DNA of 64,000 nt, from positions 516,023-580,022 of the forward strand of contig JBMORU010000001.1 of assembly GCA_049322215.1 (NCBI GenBank). Direction: 5' to 3'. Made by a program: the position numbers and the translations under genes. Origin of the DNA: Patescibacteria group bacterium. Lineage in GTDB: Bacteria; Patescibacteriota; WWE3; UBA101185; UBA10185. Positions within the stretch are counted from its first letter, which is position 1. The number at the start of each line of letters is the position of its first letter. The notes beneath the pieces were generated by a model. The model saw only the letters and a list, made by a program, of their open reading frames with translations. It ran no database searches and was not told the DNA's origin. Shown piece by piece: positions 58,973 through 64,000 of this stretch.

Positions 58973-60874
58973 ATGTTAGTTTCCGTCATTGTTCCAGCCT
59001 ATAAAAAGGAAGAATCCATCATAGAAGATATTACAAATATCTTCAATGCAATGTCAGAAACTCGCTATGATTTTGAACTTATAGTTGTAGAAGATGGCTA
59101 CTTAGATAACACGCATGAAGTATTCTCAACTTACTTAAAAGAAAATTCAAATATTTCGTCAAAAGTAAACTTCATAGGTTATAAGAGAAACAGGGGAAAA
59201 GGTTATGCCCTTCGCTATGGTATGGCGCGGGCACGTGGTGATTATGTGGCTTTTATAGACTCAGGTATGGAGATAAATCCAAATGGGATATCGTTAATGC
59301 TTGAACACATGATTTGGTACGATGCCCATATTATTGTTGGTAGTAAAAGGCATCCTGCATCACGAACTAACATGCAACTAATGCGAAAAATATACAGTTG
59401 GGGATATTACTGGTTTGTTAAGTTGTTATTTGGTTTGCATGTGTCTGACACTCAAACCGGATTAAAAGTTTTTAGAAAAGATGTATTGCAAGATGTTTTA
59501 CCACGCTTATTGGTAAAAGAATTTGCAATAGATATAGAAATACTGGCAGTAGCTAATTACTTAGGGTACACCCGAATATACGATGCGCCAGTTGAAATTG
59601 ATTTAAAGTTTACTCAAGATTCAAAATTTTCTGCAAAAAAACCGTTATTTTTAGATAAATTTGTGCGCATGATGGTTAGGGATACTTTAGCCGTGTTTTA
59701 CAGAATGCACATTTTAGAATATTATTCGGACAAAAGTCATAGAAAATGGACGTATGACGAAGAGTTAAGGATGCGAGTAAACACAGGAGAAATGTTTTCT
59801 GAAGGAGAGTTTATTGGGATGCTCTCTGACTTAGGACAAGAAATACCCAAGGAAACAGCATTTCCAAAGTTTAGTATTATAATTCCGGTTCGTTCGGTTA
59901 ACGATTACTTAAAAGAAAATATTAAGCACTTAAAAAAGCTTGATTATGATAATTTTGAAGTTCTTATAATTTTAGATGATCAGCCAACATATAAAGTTAA
60001 AGATTCAAGATTTAGGTACATTGCGGTAGGTCCTTTAAGCCCAGGTGAAAAACGAAATTTAGGTGCAAGAAATGCCACAGGAGAAATATTAGCCTTTTTA
60101 GACGATGATGCTTATCCTAATACTAATTGGCTTAGTGAAGCTGCAAAAGTATTTAGAGATCCCGAAATATATGCCTTAGGTGCTCCTGCCATTACACCAA
60201 AAAATGCTGAATTTTTAGAAAAATGCTCGGGTAGGGTGTTGGAGTCGTTTTTAACTAGTGGAGATACAATTCACCGCCATGTTCCTCAGTCACGTAGACT
60301 TGTAAACGATTATCCAACTGTTAACTTTTTTGTTAGAAAACACGATTTTTTTGGCGTTGGTGGTTTTACAAAAGATTTTTGGCCAGGAGAAGACACCAAG
60401 CTGTGTTTAGATTTAATTAAAGAAAAACAGCGCGATTTTGTATATGATCCAAACCCTATTGTTTACCATCATAGAAGAAAGCTATTCGTACCACATTTAA
60501 AGCAGGTTTCTCGTTATGGTAGACATAGAGGACAGTTTGCTAAAGTGTTTCCCGAAAACTCACGTGTGCTTTCATACTTTGTACCCTCTTTATTTTTATT
60601 AGGTGTAATTTTTGGTCCGATAATATCTTTAATTTACCCACCTTTATTTTTGTTTTATACCTTTGTAATTTTGTGTTATTTAGGCTTAATTGTTTACGAA
60701 TCTACTCGGGTAATTTTGCATGACAAAAACTTATTAGCAGGTTTTTACGTGGCATTAGGCATTATGGCCACTCATTTTATTTACGGTTTAAACTTTATTG
60801 TTGGACTAGTAAAAAGGCCTACGTTACAATTGAGAAGCTTCGATTCAAGCACTGGAAATTATTTAGGAGGATAA
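58973..60874 (+). CDS. tandem double-GT2-domain glycosyltransferase with C-terminal TM anchor
   Basis: The first GT2 has VSVIVPAYKKE...VVEDG...DSG. The second GT2 has FSIIIPVRSVNDY...ILDD...DDDAYP. Two to three C-terminal TM helices follow. Confidence 0.65.
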   Translation: MLVSVIVPAYKKEESIIEDITNIFNAMSETRYDFELIVVEDGYLDNTHEVFSTYLKENSNISSKVNFIGYKRNRGKGYALRYGMARARGDYVAFIDSGMEINPNGISLMLEHMIWYDAHIIVGSKRHPASRTNMQLMRKIYSWGYYWFVKLLFGLHVSDTQTGLKVFRKDVLQDVLPRLLVKEFAIDIEILAVANYLGYTRIYDAPVEIDLKFTQDSKFSAKKPLFLDKFVRMMVRDTLAVFYRMHILEYYSDKSHRKWTYDEELRMRVNTGEMFSEGEFIGMLSDLGQEIPKETAFPKFSIIIPVRSVNDYLKENIKHLKKLDYDNFEVLIILDDQPTYKVKDSRFRYIAVGPLSPGEKRNLGARNATGEILAFLDDDAYPNTNWLSEAAKVFRDPEIYALGAPAITPKNAEFLEKCSGRVLESFLTSGDTIHRHVPQSRRLVNDYPTVNFFVRKHDFFGVGGFTKDFWPGEDTKLCLDLIKEKQRDFVYDPNPIVYHHRRKLFVPHLKQVSRYGRHRGQFAKVFPENSRVLSYFVPSLFLLGVIFGPIISLIYPPLFLFYTFVILCYLGLIVYESTRVILHDKNLLAGFYVALGIMATHFIYGLNFIVGLVKRPTLQLRSFDSSTGNYLGG

Positions 60875-61135
60875 ATGAAAAATGGGCAAATGGAATTTGC
60901 TTCCAATCCTGATTCAAAAGTAAAAATCAAAGTAATTAATGCGCTTTGCATTAGCGCTGCAACCTGTATTATTAATGCTCCCGAAACATTTGATTTAGAT
61001 GAAGATGGTATAGCTTATGTAAAAGAGGGCACTTGGGACGATGCGCAAGCAATTGTCGCAGCTGCAGCTTCCTGCCCTACTACTGCAATAATAATTGAAG
61101 ATCTAGAAGGTAATCAAATTTATCCCGAAGTATAA
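60875..61135 (+). CDS. small ferredoxin-like protein (3-Cys, single-cluster type)
   Basis: It is 86 aa. C-ISAAT-C...APETFDLDEDG...CPTTAII parallels mono-cluster ferredoxins (C..C..CP...CP), but only three Cys are present. Confidence 0.5.
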   Translation: MKNGQMEFASNPDSKVKIKVINALCISAATCIINAPETFDLDEDGIAYVKEGTWDDAQAIVAAAASCPTTAIIIEDLEGNQIYPEV

Positions 61136-61138
61136 TTT

Positions 61139-62149
61139 ATGCATAAATCCGCCTTTTTGTTTTTTAAAAACAGTAGAAAAGCATGTGAAAGTTTTGACAA
61201 ATATCCTTCTACAGAAGAATTAATTAATGCAGCTTCAGAATTAAATTTAGATTCCATATTTGCACAAGACTTTACATTAACAAGTGAAGTAATTAGTGAA
61301 ATTAAGCAAAAAATTCCAAATGTAAAAATTTACGGAAGTGTTACCGTTTTTGCACCAAAAAATGAAGAAGAAAATTTATTTGATGGCGAAGCAGTAGAAG
61401 TAGCGGGTTTAAAAAAACCTAACTCCGACTTTGTTGGAGTTTGCCCAACGTACAAACCTGTAATAGAAAGAGCACTAAATGATGTTAAAGACTTATTAAA
61501 AAAAGATGTAGACGGTATTTGGCTGGATGCGTTACGTTATACTACGCATTGGGAAACTGAAAGCCCAGTTGTGCTTGATACTTGCTATTGCGACAGATGC
61601 TTAAGTATGTTTGAAGACTTTATAGGAGAACCTATTGAAGGTGCTGACTTAGAAGAGAAACATTTACATATTGACGGCAGTTACTACCACGAATGGTTAA
61701 AGTTTAAAACCGAGCAAATTGTTTCATTTGTTAAAGCAGTAAAAAAAGTGATTTCTGAGTCTGGAAAACAAGTTGAGCTTGGTTATTTTGCGATTCCTTG
61801 GGAAGACAAAGATTATGGTGCTGGTATTAAAAGAATAATGGCTCAAGATTTTGAACTTCTTTCTGGTTTGACTGATATGTTTAGTCCTATGCTATACCAT
61901 AAAATGTTGGGTAAGCCTGTAAGTTGGGTTTCACATATGGTTGATTATTTTTGGCAGGTTGGTGCTCCCTTTTTGCCTTTAGTTCAAACAGAAAATATTG
62001 AAAGTAATTTTGATGCTAACGAGTTTAAAGAATCGCTAGAAGGTGCAGTACAAAAACCTTCTTCCGGTGTGTGTATTTTTTATTTAGATGACCTAATGTT
62101 GCAGCCGGATAAATTGAAGATTGCTAAAGAATTTTTTTCCTCCAATTAA
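61139..62149 (+). CDS. putative glycoside-hydrolase-like TIM-barrel protein
   Basis: It is 336 aa with GIWLDALRY and CYCDRC motifs reminiscent of GHL-type (glycosyl hydrolase-like) families. This is a weak assignment. Confidence 0.3.
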   Translation: MHKSAFLFFKNSRKACESFDKYPSTEELINAASELNLDSIFAQDFTLTSEVISEIKQKIPNVKIYGSVTVFAPKNEEENLFDGEAVEVAGLKKPNSDFVGVCPTYKPVIERALNDVKDLLKKDVDGIWLDALRYTTHWETESPVVLDTCYCDRCLSMFEDFIGEPIEGADLEEKHLHIDGSYYHEWLKFKTEQIVSFVKAVKKVISESGKQVELGYFAIPWEDKDYGAGIKRIMAQDFELLSGLTDMFSPMLYHKMLGKPVSWVSHMVDYFWQVGAPFLPLVQTENIESNFDANEFKESLEGAVQKPSSGVCIFYLDDLMLQPDKLKIAKEFFSSN

Positions 62150-62165
62150 AATAGAATACCCCAAT

Positions 62166-62193
62166 TTGACACTAAAGACCCTTAATGTATTAT
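62166..62193 (+). promoter_or_regulatory. sigma-70-like promoter (TTGACA, 16-nt spacer, TATTAT) upstream of the lipoprotein gene
   Basis: The -35 is at 62166-62171 and the -10 at 62188-62193. The RBS aaggagag is at 62232-62239. Confidence 0.5.
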
Positions 62194-62243
62194 GCCCTTA
62201 TTACAATAGTCGTTGATACAAAAATAAAATAAAGGAGAGTTAA

Positions 62244-64000
62244 ATGAATATTCGACGATTTGTTACTTTTTTGTCTCTTGTTTTGTTGCTGCTGTTACTC
62301 TTCGGATGCAGTGGTGACGAAACAAACGAGACACAACCTTTTGCTGCAACAAATGTAGTTGAAGGTAGTAATGGTGCTGAGGATGCTCCACAGAATGATC
62401 CTTCAGAAGAAACTTCTTCTGACAGTGCAGATGCTAACGCTGATGCGCAAGTTGAAAATGTAGGTCAAGGTTGGATTGGGTCAGAAAATCCAGGGTTTCC
62501 TCCTATAGATTTATCTGTGGAAAAGCTTTCAATTTTTGCACCTCCTTATGTTGCTATTGCAGAATTAAATCAGCTTCCGCCTTTTGCAGGTATTACAATT
62601 CAAACGACAAGTGTTTTTCCTGAAAACAGTTTTGAATCTTCTGCGTGTACAAGTGAAATCCCTGATGCAAATGCAGAGTTAACTGTGTTGAGCTATTTAT
62701 CGCCCGGTATGGAGTATTTAGTAAGTGAGGTTCGTTTTAAAGGTGTTAGATATCCTTACTATACATTGTTGCTAAGTGGGGGTGACTTAGCACAACCTTG
62801 TTGGAACTCAAATCAAAGCTTTGCTGTTCTGCCTTACGAATATGGGCGTTTAATGGCAGATGGCAGGTATTTGTTATACAACATAAACTACATCAACTAC
62901 ATTAAAGACCGTTTAGCAAGCGATTCCGGTTTCAGCATTGAAGATGTTCCGGGAAAATTAGAAGGTGAAGTGACTTTGGTTAGAGTTCCGCAAGATAACG
63001 AGCTAGGTATTGAGTGTACTTCGACTGCAAATTTACCTGCAAATGTTGTCAACCAAAATATGGATGAATTTTTAGTTAACAGCAGTGAATACTTACCGTT
63101 GTGTGGGCTTGCGTTTGAAACCGACATTGTGAATTTGTTGGTTAAAAGTTGTGTTCCCGAAACTGCATTGCCTGTTGAAGCGCAAACGAATCCTAACTGG
63201 TTGTTTTTGTATGGTAAACACCTTTTGCCGGTCTGTGGAGATCATTATGAAGTGGTTTTAATTGAGGACGTGATGAAACAAACTGTGCCGGGTGGAAAGT
63301 CTGTGTTTGAGGTGGTGATTGCTAATTTGGGTACAGACGTTTATGAAGGCTTAATAAGCCCACAAATTACAATGGTAGATTCAAATGGAAATGAAGTTAC
63401 ATCAGATACATGCCAATATGCAGTTTGTGCGGGTACTCAAGTAGTAGGCAGTGCGAATATTGGTAAGTTTGAAGCAGTCAAGATTACTAGCAACTACTTT
63501 TATCCCAAAGATAGTGCTTTAGGTAGGTGGCATGTAGGTAAAGTAACTTCAGGTGATTTTGTCTGGAACCTCAGTAGTGACGCTTATGCGTTTGATGTGT
63601 ATAAGGTTGCACCGTTTTTGGATATACCTGTTGCGTACAATGTTAAGTGGTGGGGTGAAGATACCCAACTAGAAAGTTCCTACTATTTAACTGGCAACTG
63701 TACCGATGCTGGCGTGTTCACTTGCCATGGTGGAGAGATTAACTCTTGGATTACACATTCACCAGATGCGGGTATTTTTACGACATTTAGGGGGATATCA
63801 GGAACAGATACAAAACTAGGATATCCTGGCGTTTATGGTCCAAGACATGACGGTATAGACTATCAGGCTTATTCGTTTGCTACATCGCCACAGCAAAATC
63901 ACCCACTTGGTATGGATTTTGGTACAGATACGACTCTTGCAAATGTGAATACATGGGATCCAATCTATGCTGCTGCCTCAGGCACCGTATGGGTCATATG
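62244..64000 (+). CDS. large lipoprotein, 3'-truncated by window edge, with M23-peptidase-like motif near the end
   Basis: This ORF is not in the ORF track because it has no stop within the window. A lipobox lies at LLLLLLFGC|SGDE. The frame is open for more than 585 codons. Near the C-terminus HDGIDY...PIYAAASGTVWV resembles M23 HxxxD...PVxAxxxGxV. Confidence 0.55.
   Translation, partial: MNIRRFVTFLSLVLLLLLLFGCSGDETNETQPFAATNVVEGSNGAEDAPQNDPSEETSSDSADANADAQVENVGQGWIGSENPGFPPIDLSVEKLSIFAPPYVAIAELNQLPPFAGITIQTTSVFPENSFESSACTSEIPDANAELTVLSYLSPGMEYLVSEVRFKGVRYPYYTLLLSGGDLAQPCWNSNQSFAVLPYEYGRLMADGRYLLYNINYINYIKDRLASDSGFSIEDVPGKLEGEVTLVRVPQDNELGIECTSTANLPANVVNQNMDEFLVNSSEYLPLCGLAFETDIVNLLVKSCVPETALPVEAQTNPNWLFLYGKHLLPVCGDHYEVVLIEDVMKQTVPGGKSVFEVVIANLGTDVYEGLISPQITMVDSNGNEVTSDTCQYAVCAGTQVVGSANIGKFEAVKITSNYFYPKDSALGRWHVGKVTSGDFVWNLSSDAYAFDVYKVAPFLDIPVAYNVKWWGEDTQLESSYYLTGNCTDAGVFTCHGGEINSWITHSPDAGIFTTFRGISGTDTKLGYPGVYGPRHDGIDYQAYSFATSPQQNHPLGMDFGTDTTLANVNTWDPIYAAASGTVWVI

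Noticed and set aside
1-64000. tRNA, rRNA and CRISPR arrays
   Set aside because: All intergenic regions longer than 60 nt were scanned by eye for T-loop GTTCRANYC motifs, rRNA-like GC-rich blocks and regularly spaced direct repeats, and none were found. A tRNAscan/Infernal run would be needed for a definitive negative.

Overview
The window is AT-rich (about 33-36% GC) and densely coding, mostly on the + strand, with no rRNA, tRNA or CRISPR array found. UGA is used as a stop codon and an RF2 gene (prfB) is present, so the code is the standard bacterial one. The compact ribosomal-protein cluster organisation, an archaeal-type AspRS, a TasA/SipW pair and many GT-C glycosyltransferases are most consistent with a Candidate Phyla Radiation (Patescibacteria) or very reduced Gram-positive-like bacterium. 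Positions 1-9042 hold the 3' half of the conserved ribosomal-protein/secY/adk/map/infA/rpoA cluster, with rplQ followed directly by rplM-rpsI and a ybaB-like gene inserted after secY. Positions 9039-13778 carry an HTH-XRE regulator, a RadC-like JAB protein, a TasA-like SipW-cognate secreted protein with its SipW-type signal peptidase, and an unusual membrane-anchored Clp-type double AAA+ ATPase. Positions 13792-39163 are housekeeping genes: prfB, secDF, recJ, a structured leader upstream of aspS, ybaK, dacA, gltX, a histidine kinase with a receiver-only regulator, recA-recX, rny-ymdB, hup, a three-gene membrane/cytoplasmic PAS-kinase operon, and the polyamine genes speB and speH. Positions 39195-62149 form a roughly 23-kb glycan-assembly cluster of about 18 genes: three Dpm1/ArnC-like polyprenol-phosphate-sugar GT2s, a UDP-glucose dehydrogenase, three GT4s, five large GT-C-type membrane glycosyltransferases (three of them tandem paralogues), two Wzx-like flippases, an MprF-like flippase domain, a double-GT2 fusion, a small 3-Cys ferredoxin and a glycoside-hydrolase-like protein. 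A lipoprotein with an M23-like motif follows and runs off the end of the window. Each of these regions contains features I consider worth a second look; the most notable are listed under findings.
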